DNA of 64,000 nucleotides from Podarcis filfolensis (Eukaryota), in NCBI GenBank assembly GCA_964270895.1, contig OZ185436.1, one strand, 5' to 3'. Both the position numbers and the translations under genes were made by a program. Position 1 is the first letter of the stretch, and each line of letters begins with the position of its first letter. Below, in pieces: positions 52,726 through 64,000 of this stretch. The notes under the pieces were generated by a model, which ran no database searches, was not told the DNA's origin, and was given only the letters and a program-made list of their open reading frames with translations.

Positions 52726-54238
52726 AACTGAACAGATATAAGAGTCAGCAGCACTCTTCTCAAAACTAAAACAATTAAGCCTGACATGATTCAAAAGTGA
52801 TGCTACCATAGTTGGGGAAACAGATTCTACCTGGGTTCAGAATGAGCAATAGCTTGATTAATCAACTATCTAAGCACAGAGCAATGAAAGAAAATATGGT
52901 TCCTCTCATGCAAAGAAAAATTAAATGCCAAGTGGGTGTAAATACCTTGAAGATTGCACTTAATTTGTAGTTCCCTAAATTATCAACATTCCAAGTAGCA
53001 AAGTAATGTCAAAGGATGTTCATAACCTTGCTAACACTCCTAAGCAAATCCATGCTCAAGCATCATGATTAATTATCAGGCATTGGAGAACCTGGTAAAC
53101 ACAGCACTTAAAGCATGCACTTGTGGAACAATTTAAATCAACTCATCATACTTCCATGGATGCAAAAAAGTTTGCTAAACTGTGTTTAACACAGACTGGA
53201 ATACAGAATCTGAGCTTTCAAAAAAGCAGTGAATCAAGTTTGGGAAGGATCCCAATAATTTTCTAGTCCTACCATCAGCTGAAAAAGTAGAGGATGATTT
53301 CTCAAACCTCATCTCCTCTTCAAAGATACTCCTATTTGCTTTAGATGGAGCTTCTCCCACCCACCCACCCACCCACCCATGAAAACCACCAGTAAAACTC
53401 ACTCCCATCTGAATTATTTCTTCCCTGGCAGAAATAATTTAAAACTTTATGCCCCATGTTCTGGATTGGGGGCTCTACGCTGGCAACTTATGTTTTAAAA
53501 CCCTGCATTTAGGGGCACCGTTGTCTGTTTGGCCATGAGATGCTTCTAGTTTGGCCTTTAGGTGGTTCCAAAAGTATCTAGGAAACTTGTTCTTTCAATT
53601 AACCACCTAACTAAAGCAAAGTTGCCACAAAAATCTATGCCTCTAACCCTGTGGATTGTAGCAGTGGATAACAACTGTTCTTTATCATCTTTATGGTCAC
53701 CTTTAAGGATCTGAAAATGGATTGTTATTAAGTAGTCATTTAACTGCCTTTTCTCACAGCCTAAATAGTCTTGATATCTAAATGTTTCTAAATCTTTTCC
53801 ACAGTGCCATTTTCTTCAGCTTGTTAGCATGCTTCTTGAATTGGACGTGTTAATCCAGTGTGGCCTAATTAATGGTAAATTTTACAATTACTCCTTGTTA
53901 CTTCTGCAAACTCATTCTGCAAATGTATAAACTAACTCACATGAAAGGCTCGTACTTTATTTAGAATTATTTTCACCAGAAGACTGAAGATGAGGGGGCA
54001 AAGGAAATACAAATTATGGTATTAGAACCACACTAGAGCCTTTTTGGGGAGAAACAAAGTAGAATACAAAACTTCTGCACTCAAGAATCTGGACCAACAT
54101 GTGTATTTTTAAAAGTATATTATAATCAAAGAGATCCAAACTGACTTTATAAAAGCATAACTGGGATCCTCAAGCATAACAATGCATAAATGATTCAGAG
54201 CAAGAAAAAATGTATTTTATATACTGCACTGGTTATTA

Positions 54239-54531
54239 TGGTCTCATCAACACTACACATTTAAAGCACTGCTATACCACATTGAAAAACCATGACTTCC
54301 CCCAAATAATCCTAGGAACTGTAGTTACTGTAGTTCAGAGAGTCGTTAGGAGACCCTTCTTGCCCTCACAGAGCTACAATTCCCAGAGTTCCCAAGGGAG
54401 AGAGATTGGTTGTTAAAACCACTATTGAGAACTGCAGCTTTCCAAGGGGAACAGGGGTCTTCTAATGATTCTCAGCACCCCTAACAAGCAGTGGTATGGT
54501 ACTGCTTTAAACATATACTGCAGATGATGCC
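54239..54531. mobile_element. Palindromic PIF/Harbinger-like MITE
   Basis: Inverted ends catc..cact..acatttaaagca / tgctttaaacatatactgcagatg; flanked by TTA at 54236-38 and 54532-34. Confidence 0.7.
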
Positions 54532-55014
54532 TTAAGCAGATAAGCAAATGAAATCTATTGAGATATATGTTGAGGGAGGCGGGGGACTAATTCTGTAAAT
54601 TAGCAACTTTGTTTTATCCACCTAAACGTTCACTGGAATCTAAAAAGCAAAAGAGCCTACAGATTATCTCCACTACAAAAAAAAGGCAGCAATAAATTCA
54701 AGAAGCAAAGCTTTCGTCCTGTCAGTCAATCAGAAAGCTAAAGGAATGATAGCACTACTAACGTTCAACAAATGACGTTTAAGGAAAAGAATTTCGTGAA
54801 AATAGCCTTCTGGCTTAACACCAAGTCATTCATTTGCAAAGGCGAGAATTATAAGAGGCATCCGAAGAAGATTTGCCCCAAATACATTATATAACAGAAA
54901 CCACAGAAATATATTACTGTTCAGAAAATGATTTATCCTTCATTGTTAGCCCTTGCATTCTGTCCCTGGATATTAACAGTTAATATTCTTCCACCTTGTA
55001 AAGTGACGGAGTAG

Positions 55015-55295
55015 TAGGGTTGCCATGTGTCCTCTTTTTCCAGGACATGTCCTCTTTTTTTGGGGTAAAATATCTGTCCGGGTGGATTTTTTAAATTTGC
55101 CAAAATGTCTCTGGATATACTTTCTGGATGAGACATAGACATAACTGGTGGCTGAAGACTTGCTTTCATCTTCTCTTCTCCTGGCCCCCCTCAGCAATGT
55201 ATCACAGCTTCTACAGCCTACATATAGAAGGGGTATTTAAAATGAGAGTCGTCATAGCATCCTCTTTTTTTGCTCTTCAAAGTATCGCAACTCTA
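55015..55295. mobile_element. hAT element with TAGGG termini
   Basis: tagggttgccat ... atcgcaactcta; 8-bp TSD cggagtag / cagggtag (2 mismatches). Confidence 0.7.
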
Positions 55296-55634
55296 CAGGG
55301 TAGTAAACCAGAAGAGACCATTGTTAATAGATCCTCCGTCGGTGACTGTGTTTTTGTGCGCGCGCGTGTGTGTGTGTGTAAAAATTGCATTCATAACAAT
55401 ATATTGTCTCTGGTTTGCCCTATAAATTACTTTGTGGCTTTAAAACTACAATAATAAACACATGTGCTGACATGATGTCAGTTCAACATCCCTACAGTGC
55501 TGATGCCTTTTTTGGCATATGGAGGGGTTTTTTGGAGGGGGGGTTATTGGGTTGTTGTTGTTTTTATTATGTATTTTCTAGTTTTATTCTGTGAACTGCC
55601 CTGAGACCTGTGGGTAAAAGATGGTATATTTGTT

Positions 55635-55662
55635 AAACAAACAAACAAACAAACAAACAAAC
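55635..55662. repeat. (AAAC)7 microsatellite
   Basis: Direct reading. Confidence 0.95.
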
Positions 55663-55949
55663 AGGTTTGAAGCATTTTATGATAAAGGCAGCTTAACATA
55701 CTTATTTGCTTGTACAGTCAAAATATGGAATCAGAGGCCTGCTCAGTGTGGCTGCTCAAAACATCCTCTGTGGCATCAACACTTCACATGATAAACAATA
55801 ATCAAGCCCTTCAAATTGGTCTCTTTCAAATTCACAAGCATCATATTCCACAATTAGGATTACTTCCTTATCTAAAATAGTCACTCATATAGTTCACCAG
55901 CCTGGATTTGCTGGTTTTTTTTTTGTTTTTGTTTTTTTTGCTAATTTTC

Positions 55950-56062
55950 ATTTAAATGGGTGAACCTGTGATTCTCCAGAGGTTGCTGCAGCAACTCTCA
56001 TCAGCCCCAGTGAGAAAGCCCAATGGTCAGAATCTGGAGGGCCAGAGATTTTTCACCCCTGA
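55950..56062. mobile_element. Decayed, internally deleted hAT MITE related to 3714-3849
   Basis: gggtgaacctgtgattctccagaggttgctg...caactctcatcagcccc...tctggagggcca...cacccctg. Confidence 0.6.
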
Positions 56063-56177
56063 TATAAATCCTCCTAAATGACAAAGAAAGGAAGCAGAAG
56101 TTTTCCAAGCTGATTTGTTTTGTGCCTTGCTAGAACAAAAAGTAAAATGGGCAAATTATGAAATATGCCGACAAATA

Positions 56178-56610
56178 CCGTACTTTTCCATGTATAAAAC
56201 TAGGTTTTTTTTCTTTAAAAATAATGCCCCCAAAATGGGGGGGGGGTCTTATACATGGGTAGTGCATAGGGTGAACGTTTGACTGATTGCTGCCGCGGCT
56301 GTTAGCCGCTATTGTGCATGTTATTGGTTGCTGTGTCAATGGGTGCTGTTGATTTGCTGACACCGCGGCAATTAGGCAGGTAATTGGCAGCTTCTGCCGG
56401 CGAGGGGACAGACGGGAGGCGGATTTCACAAGACGTGCAGGTGAGCAACCCCCCTAAAACCTCTGCAAAAAAAGCTCAACAACTCAGGGGTATTCTCCAC
56501 AAAAAGAGCTTAACAACTCTGTGCCATTTCCCCACATTCTCTTAGAGTCCCCAAAAATAGGGGGCTTCTTATACATGGGGGGAGGGCGTCTTATAGACAG
56601 AAAAGTACGG
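56178..56610. mobile_element. Tc1/mariner (pogo/Tigger-like) non-autonomous element, 433 bp
   Basis: TIRs ccgtacttttccatgtataa / ttatagacagaaaagtacgg with TA duplications at 56176-77 and 56611-12; repeated tcttatacatggg subterminal motifs. Confidence 0.9.
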
Positions 56611-57270
56611 TATGTCATTTGATTTATAGATCCTTTTGTGTATTCCCAACCTTTCCATACTGTTTAATACTATTCAGAAAAGTCAGTTTCATTTATCTAA
56701 ATGGAAAAGCATAATGAACATTCATTGCAAAATATATTTCACATAAAGTACTCAGGCAAATATGCATTAACAAAATCGGGACATAATTCAAGCGCAGCTG
56801 CTGCACAAACTCCATTAATTTCAAACTCCATTGAAATAAATGGAGGTTGAGCAGTAACAGTGGTTAGGGTAATGCATCTTTAATTATATGTAAACAATTT
56901 TGAAATGAAAAAGGGCAGATAGCAAAACATTGCAACAAATAATTCATCCAGTTTAAATCACAAATGAAAGGCTGTGAGATGAAGGATAATGTATTATGTT
57001 ATCTCCCTGCTTGAGAGATGCTCAAGTGAGTTAACATTATATAAGGAACTTGTATAACTAGAGAATCTTGTTAGCTGGGCTATCGTACTCATGTTCAGAC
57101 CAGTGGGACGTGGGGGCGAACCATACTGAACTAGTTTAACAAAATGGCGTACTCCACCCTGCCTCGATCAACTTACCTCACATTCTCTGCCCACTCTATT
57201 ATCCCTTGCACCTATTGAAGGATTCAAAGCAATGGAAGGATTTGCTCTGTGGGCTTCACACAATAATATT

Positions 57271-57512
57271 CAGTTGTACCTCGGGTTAAGTACTTAATTC
57301 GTTCCGGAGGTCCGTACTTAACCTGAAACTGTTCTTAACCTGAAGCACCACATTAGCTAATGGGGCCTCCTGCTGCTGCTGCGCCACCGGAGCACGATTT
57401 CTGTTCTCATCCTGAAGCAAAGTTCTTAACCTGAAGTACTATTTCTGGGTTAGCGGAGTCTGTAACCTGAAGCGTATGTAACCTGAAGCGTATGTAACCT
57501 GAGGTACCACTG
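57271..57512. mobile_element. Tc1/mariner-type MITE with aacctgaa repeats
   Basis: TIRs cagttgtacctcgggtta / taacctgaggtaccactg followed by TA; internal tandem gtaacctgaagcgtat. Confidence 0.92.
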
Positions 57513-59325
57513 TATCAAGGAAATACACCTATGTTTGTGTGACTGCTCTTCATATATTTAGGTATTTTTTAATTAAATAGCAGCCACAGAGGCAATCAAG
57601 ACAATGTGAAGGGTGGGACCCATGTCCTTCCCCATGTCAAAGCCCACTACCCTAAAAAACCTGCTATTTGGCACAGGAGATGCTAGATTTGTTGGAAGTG
57701 CAGCAAAGGGGTTAACTACCCGCATGCTTCCTGCATGCCATAGTTTTAATACTTGTGGCCTCTCTCCTATCACACAATAGGAAAATAATAACATAAAAAT
57801 GATGATGCAGTTTATTTATATGCTGCTTTTCAATGCAAATGCCCGCCAAGCAGTGAGCAGCGCATTAACGTAGTACATGCAACAGAGTACAATAAAATAC
57901 CATATATCAGTCAGTAAGCAAAACCATTTAATAACAAAAGCACCACATTGATTTAATAAATAATTATGATGATAAGAGTCAGAGGAGAACCTCCCCAGGC
58001 TAGAAAATTAAAGGGCACTCTCACCAACCCTATATCCTATCCCACACATTTAGGCGCTAGAGACCTGAACAAAGAGAAATACTTAATTGGTTTTAAAGTA
58101 TAGAAGAGTAAGAAGTACCCCAGTTTAAGAGTACCCTAACTTAATCTTATCAAATTTAAGGGGTTAGAATTAAGGAACATGAATTACAATCATGTCGTTC
58201 ACATACTGTCTAGCTTGGCCCAAAGTCTGGTTATGCAACCCTGATGTATTTTTCATACAAATCAAAGGACTGGTGTCCAGGGAATGTGGCCAAGAACTAT
58301 TTGGGAGCTGCTACAGTTGGTTAGCCTGTCTGCAAGCTGAAGACAAGTCTTTTGAGTGCCACATACCTAACAAGGAGAAAATCAAAGGTATTTCAGGGGA
58401 GGTTTGTCAACACAAGAGATTGTAACCAATTTTCCCCAGTACCAAATATTGCAGAATGAATGCTAGGAAAATGTGATATCACTGCAGCAGAAGAGATAAC
58501 CTCAGAAAGGGTCTATGGATCCCTCACCATGAATAAGTAACAACTCCAGATTTATTTCACAATAAAGCATAATTTAAAACCACTCTCTAAAAATGTCACA
58601 TCAGAGGACCAAATCAACCATAACATAACAACCATAACATCTGAGCTCTTCAGATGCTTAGTTTTATTCCCTGTTCTACTCAACAGCCAATGGAAAAATT
58701 CTCTTCTGTTGCTCCTGAATTTCACAACCATCAAGCCTCAAAGCTATCTGAGCCCCATTCACACACAAAAATCTGAGTATATCAGGCTTCATGCAAGTGT
58801 TAGCAATCTTTAGCTAGTAACAAGCCTGTTGACTGAAGCAAAACTGTATCACATTTTCTCCCTTCCCTTTCATACTTTCACTCTTTCTTTTATTCTTATT
58901 GCAAAAGGTAGAAAAAGATTCACCGTAAGAAAACTTAAAAAGAGATTCAAGAAGAGTATCAGATGAAGGAGCTAAAATGTTTTGGTTGACAGAATTCATT
59001 TAGAAAAGTTAGTTGCAGTTTAGCCAGGTGTACACAACCAAGCTCTCAACAAAATTGCATATGCACCTATGCTCTATTTGATGACATGACATTACTACAA
59101 GCACTATAGTTCCCTAGTCCTCTAAACCATTCTCATCCCAACTTCATCACATACACACATCACTCAGTGTTTCAGATCTCAATAACTATCCTCAAAGGTT
59201 GAATTCCAAACTCCCCTTTTCATATCACACAGTGCAAGGAGGCCCTCACCTGAGTTATGACATATTAACAGAAATTGAGTAATGATGCCCCATAACTTGA
59301 TCAAAATGTTCAGTTTATGTATTAC

Positions 59326-59725
59326 CTCAGTCAGGTGAGGGTTGGGGTTGAATCCACATTGGTTGCAGACCTTGTTGTGACACTGTGTACAGGTGTTGAA
59401 GTTTGGCTGGTTGGGAGAGGAGGTGAGTTCTGTTGTCTTGCATATAGGACAGAGTGTGCTGCTAGGAAGGGGTGCAATTTGTGGGACAGAATAAGGTGAG
59501 GTAGGGGTGCTGCCTCGATCCGGTGACACAGACGGTGAACGCCCTGTTCTCTGGCTCCTGCTGTCCACTTGGAGTGTCCTCCTTGGCCCATCAGCCTGTT
59601 GGGGGGTCTGCCCATGGCTCCTCATCTCTCTTGTGCTTTCGCTGGTCTGAGCAGCCGGTTTTGGGGATGGGGAAGCTGCTCTCTGTCCAAAGGAGGGGTC
59701 CGATTGATCTGGTCTTCTTGGTGTG
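59326..59725 (-). CDS. BSN: Bassoon coding exon (mammalian exon 2 equivalent): Pro/Ser-rich N-terminal region and first part of zinc finger 1
   Basis: Translation ...[90 protein letters not shown] matches vertebrate Bassoon as I recall it. Acceptor tttcag|CACACC at 59725, donor GAG|gtaata at 59326. Length 400 nt = 1+133x3 (phase 2 in, phase 0 out). Confidence 0.97.
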
Positions 59726-61934
59726 CTGAAACACATTAAATGCAGATGTCAACCAGGTTGCAGAGAATTGAGGTAAGATAATAGGCAAAAATGCCTTGAC
59801 TATTTCCTCAAGATATACTTTGAAATGCATTTGAGAATCCCCAAGATTCAAAGTTAAAGGGAAGAAAATAAGTGTAAATAGATGTTTAGAGAAAATGATT
59901 GCCATCTTTACTTCCACCAATTTCTTAAAACCACAAGACATGGATATTTCTTCAAGATGCAATCTAACAAGTTGTAAATACAAGATTCAATTGTATTTGA
60001 AGTCAAAACAACTAAAAACGTGTCCTTTCTTTTCCCCAAAGGCTATAATCTGAAAGGGGTGGGGCTATATGTCAAGTGAGCAGTGCGTAATGGACATGGA
60101 GGGTGAGGCATACATTTTTATACAAATAAAAATAAACAAAAATTAGAACCAACAGAAATCAGGCATACTCAGTTCCAGCTGGATATATTCCCACTACTGG
60201 AGAAGGCTGTGTGGTCATTTGCAATACCACTCTCAAGTCTTCATGCAAGCAAAGGAACTCATAGCCAGCTAGAAGAAACAAATCCCATCCAATTATGCTG
60301 TTTCTATGATAGAGGATAGGTAGACAATTCAACTGCTACATGGCATTATAAAAAGCAGTTTTTCTATTTTGCCAAAAATGGAAAGGCGTTTAAAATAGAC
60401 TTCAAGAGCTGCTGCTTGTTCTCTATTCTAACTTAAAAATAGGTCAGCCGACTGCAAGAACATCTCTTCTTTAGCACACAAGCATGTATATATATTGTCA
60501 TTCATTCCGGCTTCCCTTATTAAGGAATATTCCAAACCAGAATATCTAAATTCACCTATCCTCTTCCAAGTTTCTAGGGCAGGATCAAACATAGTCCTGG
60601 TCTTTTGGGAATTTAACCTTCTGAGGTTCACCAGGATATTATATTGCAATTTCATATTCTCTCATGTCTGAGTAATATTTATAAACTCCCTATCATACAC
60701 TGACAGAAAACTCTGCACTATTCATTCAGTGCTCAGTCCTGTAGATCAAATATGTTGGCTTTGTCCCAAATACTTTTTTGAATTCCTGTGTAACCAGAAC
60801 TACATCAAAAACAGAAATAAATAATGCAGTAATATGTGTGTGCCAAACAATATTTTGTTGTGACTGGTTTTGAACATACTTTCCATAATCCCATCATAAG
60901 AGTGTGATGGCCACAAGGGAAGGTGACTCTCTTAGCTGAAACACATTTACCCATCCTCAGGCTCAATCATTCTTTCATTTAAATATACTTTGAATTTTGA
61001 TACAGCTCAAGTTGCATCTGAGTCATCTGCCGTTTCCCTCTAGTCAGCTCCCCATTGCACTGGTAGCATCTGAGTATGGTTTGACAAAATAATGTGGGTG
61101 TTTCCCATGTAAGCATTAGTGGTTTTGATCAAGAGGAAGCAGGATAGGAACGATGTGTTATCTGGACAACTCATATGCTGCCCAAATGATATGTGAACCA
61201 ACTACAGGAACATCAGCCACCATTGCAACTGTAACGTTTGAATCAGGCTTGATCTTCTCTGAGTCAAGTAGCCAACGATTTATGCCTGGGTGCTCTCTCT
61301 TATCCATGGCTAGAGGACAAGTAAGGAAAGGAGCAAAACCACATGGCTCCTCAGCATATTTGAAGATACCTACAGAGAAATCAAAATAAAACCTTGCAAA
61401 AACACCACAGTGACACACACACCACCTTTGTCCACCATTTGTACAGGAAGTTGCCACTGCCTATGGATTCCTGCCAGGCATACCTATGGTAAAACAAGCT
61501 ACCGTCCATGTTGCATGTTCCTGCAGTATAAATTGTTTTTCTGTAGGGAAGCTATTATCAGAGTAGGAATATCACCTTATCCAACCCACAGATATGCAGT
61601 GGTTTGTGTCCAAAGGCAAAAATATATTATTTGCTCCTAGCATAGATTTGGCATTGACAAGGCCAAAGTCTTCATGAATGTTTAATAAGCACTATAAATC
61701 TTTAGAATACATCAATGACACTGTTTCATACCGTTCAAGTAGATTGCTTTAATGCATGCATGCTGTTCCGACCATACAATTCCTTGTGACTCTCACAGCA
61801 GAACTACACATTGTAAGAAACATAAGAAAAGGCAGCCTCATGTCTTCCCCGATAATCTGAAGGATCGTTCACAAAGACTTCTGAGTGATAGTGGCTGGCA
61901 GGGAGACAGAGCAGCAGCACACTGCCGTCCTCAC

Positions 61935-62215
61935 AGCAGCAGTGTCACTGCCGCTTACCAGAAAGGCTCAGTGGTGGGGTAGAGGCAGAGGGCCTTTTGG
62001 GTAGTGGCTCCTGCCCTATGGAACTCCCTCCCAGCAGATGTCAAACATACAGCTAAGTGATTTTTAAAAGACATCTGAAGGCAGTCCTATTCAGGGAAGT
62101 TTTTAGTGTGTGATGCTGTGTTGTGTTTTTACTACTTTTTGTTGGGAACAGCCCAAAGTGGCTGGGTCAACCCAGTAAGATATATAAATAAACTAATAAT
62201 AATAATAATAATTAG
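61935..62215 (+). mobile_element. L2-clade LINE 3' end with (TAA)n tail
   Basis: aggcagagggccttt..gtagtggctcctgccctatggaactccctccc (RAF.VVAPALWNSLP) through the tail taataataataat. Confidence 0.85.
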
Positions 62216-62334
62216 GAACTGTTGATGAAAATGACAAGTTATCTTTTAAAATTGTTTGTGTGGTGTATGTGTGTGCTTGTGCAAAAGATGTTAGAACATA
62301 CGATAACCCTCTGTTTTATTATGTTGTAAAATGG

Positions 62335-62545
62335 TCACTACTGAGAAGGCCCTCTGCCTGATTCCCTGTAGCTTTGCTTCTCGCAGTGAGGGAACCACCA
62401 GAAGGCCCTCGGCGCTGGACCTCAGTGTCCGGATTGAACGATGGGGGTGGAGATGCTCCTTCAGGTATACTGGGCCGAGGCCATTTAGGGCTTTAAAGGT
62501 CAGCACCAACACTTTGAATTGTGCTTGGAAACGTACTGACTGCGA
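62335..62545 (-). mobile_element. L2-clade LINE ORF2 C-terminal fragment
   Basis: FQAQFKVLVLTFKALNGLGPVYLKEHLHP...RTLRSSAEGLLVVPSLREAKLQGIRQRAFSVV. Confidence 0.88.
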
Positions 62546-62594
62546 TCCCCAGCCACTGATATTCAGAGACATATTGTCTCTGATACTGGAGATA

Positions 62595-62810
62595 GTATAC
62601 AGGCATTATGACCAGCAACAGCCTTATCCTCCATAAATTTGTCTAAACTCCTTTTAAACTCTCCAAGTTGATGGCTATTGTTTAATTTTGTGATAGAAAA
62701 TTCCATGGTTTTAATGATGCAAGTCAAGAAGTACTTTCAGCTTAATTGGATCGCCTGTTTCTAGCATTTTGACAGAGGGAGAAAAGCTTCTCTCTAGCCA
62801 CTTTCAAAGT
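62595..62810 (-). mobile_element. Old CR1 fragment
   Basis: ttatcctccataaatttgtctaaactcc...gaaaattcca...aagaagtacttt resembles CR1 ORF2 antisense. Confidence 0.5.
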
Positions 62811-63379
62811 GAATCTATCACAGCTCAGAACATATTCATTATAACACTTGTAGCAGGTGCCATTTTAAGGCACTATTTTTGCTATTTTAATTGATCCTTA
62901 ATTATCACTAAAATATTTTTATGTCTATAAGAGAGGAACAGCACTATAATTGCATAATGCTACAATATTACTGTAGTATAGTTATAGAACTACTGGGTTA
63001 TGTTGCTATAGAACTATATCTCTTTCATTAAAAAAAAAACACCTGATAAAGTGTAATAAATCACTTGCCTTAGACAAGAATTTCAGTTTGCCTAATAGAA
63101 GGGCTAGTCCTGAATAATGGAGGATTTTAATGAGAAGTGTCTATACAGACTTGTGCTTCTAAACCAGTTCAAAAAGCAATTTAACAAGTACAGTACTTTC
63201 CTACATTCCACTTTCCAAATCAAAACCCTTTTTAAAAGACAGAAGAGGCACACCAAAGGCATCTATACTTGTGGAGATGACCCTATTGTTCTGTTCTTCT
63301 AGAAAAAGTCAGGCTTTCTGGGGTCTGAGTAAAGACAGAAGAACGAGGTGGGCAATAGAAGATGTCAGTGATTGGGAGA

Positions 63380-63545
63380 TGGCATCATGTGCATGTCCAT
63401 AAAAATGTGTGAAAGAAACATGACCCTGCATATTACAACCAATATGATCTGGGGGCTGGCATAACTTTTATGTGAGGAAACGTTTTAGCTCTGAAAAATA
63501 TAAGCAAAGGGAAGGACATGATAGAAGTATATGAAATTATTGGTA
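63380..63545 (+). mobile_element. Old CR1 fragment
   Basis: tatgaggaaacg-like and aagggaaggacatgatagaagtatatgaaattat motifs (YEERL...GDMIEVYKI-like). Confidence 0.45.
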
Positions 63546-63725
63546 TGATTAAAGTAATATGCTTTATTTATTATCAAAAGCACATTAACATTCAAATCTG
63601 AACAAAAAATGCAACATAAATTAATGAACTCAAAATAAAAATTTGCCCATCAATTGCAAGAAATTCAAAACAAAAATTTTTTTTCCTTCCAGTAGCACCT
63701 TAAAGACCAACTAAGTTAGTTCTTG

Positions 63726-63763
63726 GTATGAGCTTTCGTGTGCATGCACACTTCTTCAGATAC
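63726..63763 (-). ncRNA. Identical hammerhead-like motif on the BSN-sense strand
   Basis: Exact mirror copy of 63772-63809 in the inverted arm. Confidence 0.6.
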
Positions 63764-63771
63764 CTGAATCT

Positions 63772-63809
63772 GTATCTGAAGAAGTGTGCATGCACACGAA
63801 AGCTCATAC
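63772..63809 (+). ncRNA. Minimal type-I hammerhead ribozyme-like motif
   Basis: GUAU-CUGAAGA-A-GUGUGCAUGCACAC-GAAA-GC-UC-AUAC: stem I GUAU/AUAC, core CUGANGA, palindromic stem II, GAAA, palindromic AGCU stem III, UC cleavage site (after 63805). Confidence 0.65.
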
Positions 63810-64000
63810 CAAGAACTAACTTGGTTGGTCTTTAAGGTGCTACTGGAAGGAAAAAAAATTTTTGTTTTGACTATGGCAGACCAACACGGCTACCTATCTG
63901 TAACAAGAAATTCAAAGTTACAATTTATGTATGTTTACTAAATTCAAGGAGGGATTACACCCCAAATGTGTACTGAATTGCACTTTAAAATAATAATTTT

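Larger units (their letters stand above)
37442..59325 (-). other. BSN: BSN intron between the two exons (21,884 nt, GT-AG, phase 0)
   Basis: Bounded by the donor at 59325 and the acceptor at 37442; reading frame is continuous across it (PHLTE|VQEWLC). Confidence 0.9.
63670..63903 (+). mobile_element. Young Penelope-like element insertion: pseudo-LTR preceded by an inverted copy of itself
   Basis: Arms 63665-63763 and 63772-63870 are reverse complements (98/99); 3' tail ctatggcagaccaacacggctacctatctgtaa; 13-bp direct repeat caagaaattcaaa at 63657-63669 and 63904-63916. Inverted 5'-truncated pLTRs are characteristic of PLE insertions. Confidence 0.85.

Noticed and set aside
36605-59725. Piccolo (PCLO) as an alternative identity
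   Set aside because: Motifs such as MDMTTAPRSKSQQQLHSP and GASLLTQASTLMSVQPE match Bassoon, not Piccolo, as I recall them.
59317-59983. Alternative-frame ORFs around exon 2
   Set aside because: Shadow or off-frame ORFs; the in-frame extensions MCF- and -VIHKLNIL are intronic read-through beyond the splice sites.
1-64000. CRISPR arrays, rRNA or genuine tRNA genes
   Set aside because: None seen; tRNA-like sequences are degenerate SINE heads.

Overview
Vertebrate genomic DNA, almost certainly a squamate lizard. The repeat content (BovB with an AAACGACT/CAA tail, Squam-type SINEs, Penelope pseudo-LTRs, many hAT and mariner MITEs) suggests a lacertid, which is an inference. The window lies inside the presynaptic scaffold gene Bassoon (BSN) on the minus strand. 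Two coding exons are visible with canonical AG/GT boundaries: 59326-59725 (equivalent to mammalian exon 2) and 36605-37441 (equivalent to exon 3). The rest is intronic: end of intron 1, a 21.9 kb intron 2, and more than 36.6 kb of intron 3, with no exon 4 seen. The introns are full of mobile elements, several with intact target-site duplications (TSDs). Nearly all other ORFs in the supplied track are non-coding or repeat-derived. The most notable non-genic signal is a very young Penelope-like insertion (63670-63903). It forms a 99-bp, 98/99-identical hairpin, and each arm carries a minimal type-I hammerhead-ribozyme motif; one copy is sense to the BSN pre-mRNA. Other oddities are a 233-bp promoter-like insert between 21-bp direct repeats, a composite MITE enclosing an L2 3' tail, two related solo LTRs, and a candidate 35-nt frameshifting microexon. 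All coordinates were counted by eye, no searches were run, and family names come from recognition of known repeat motifs.
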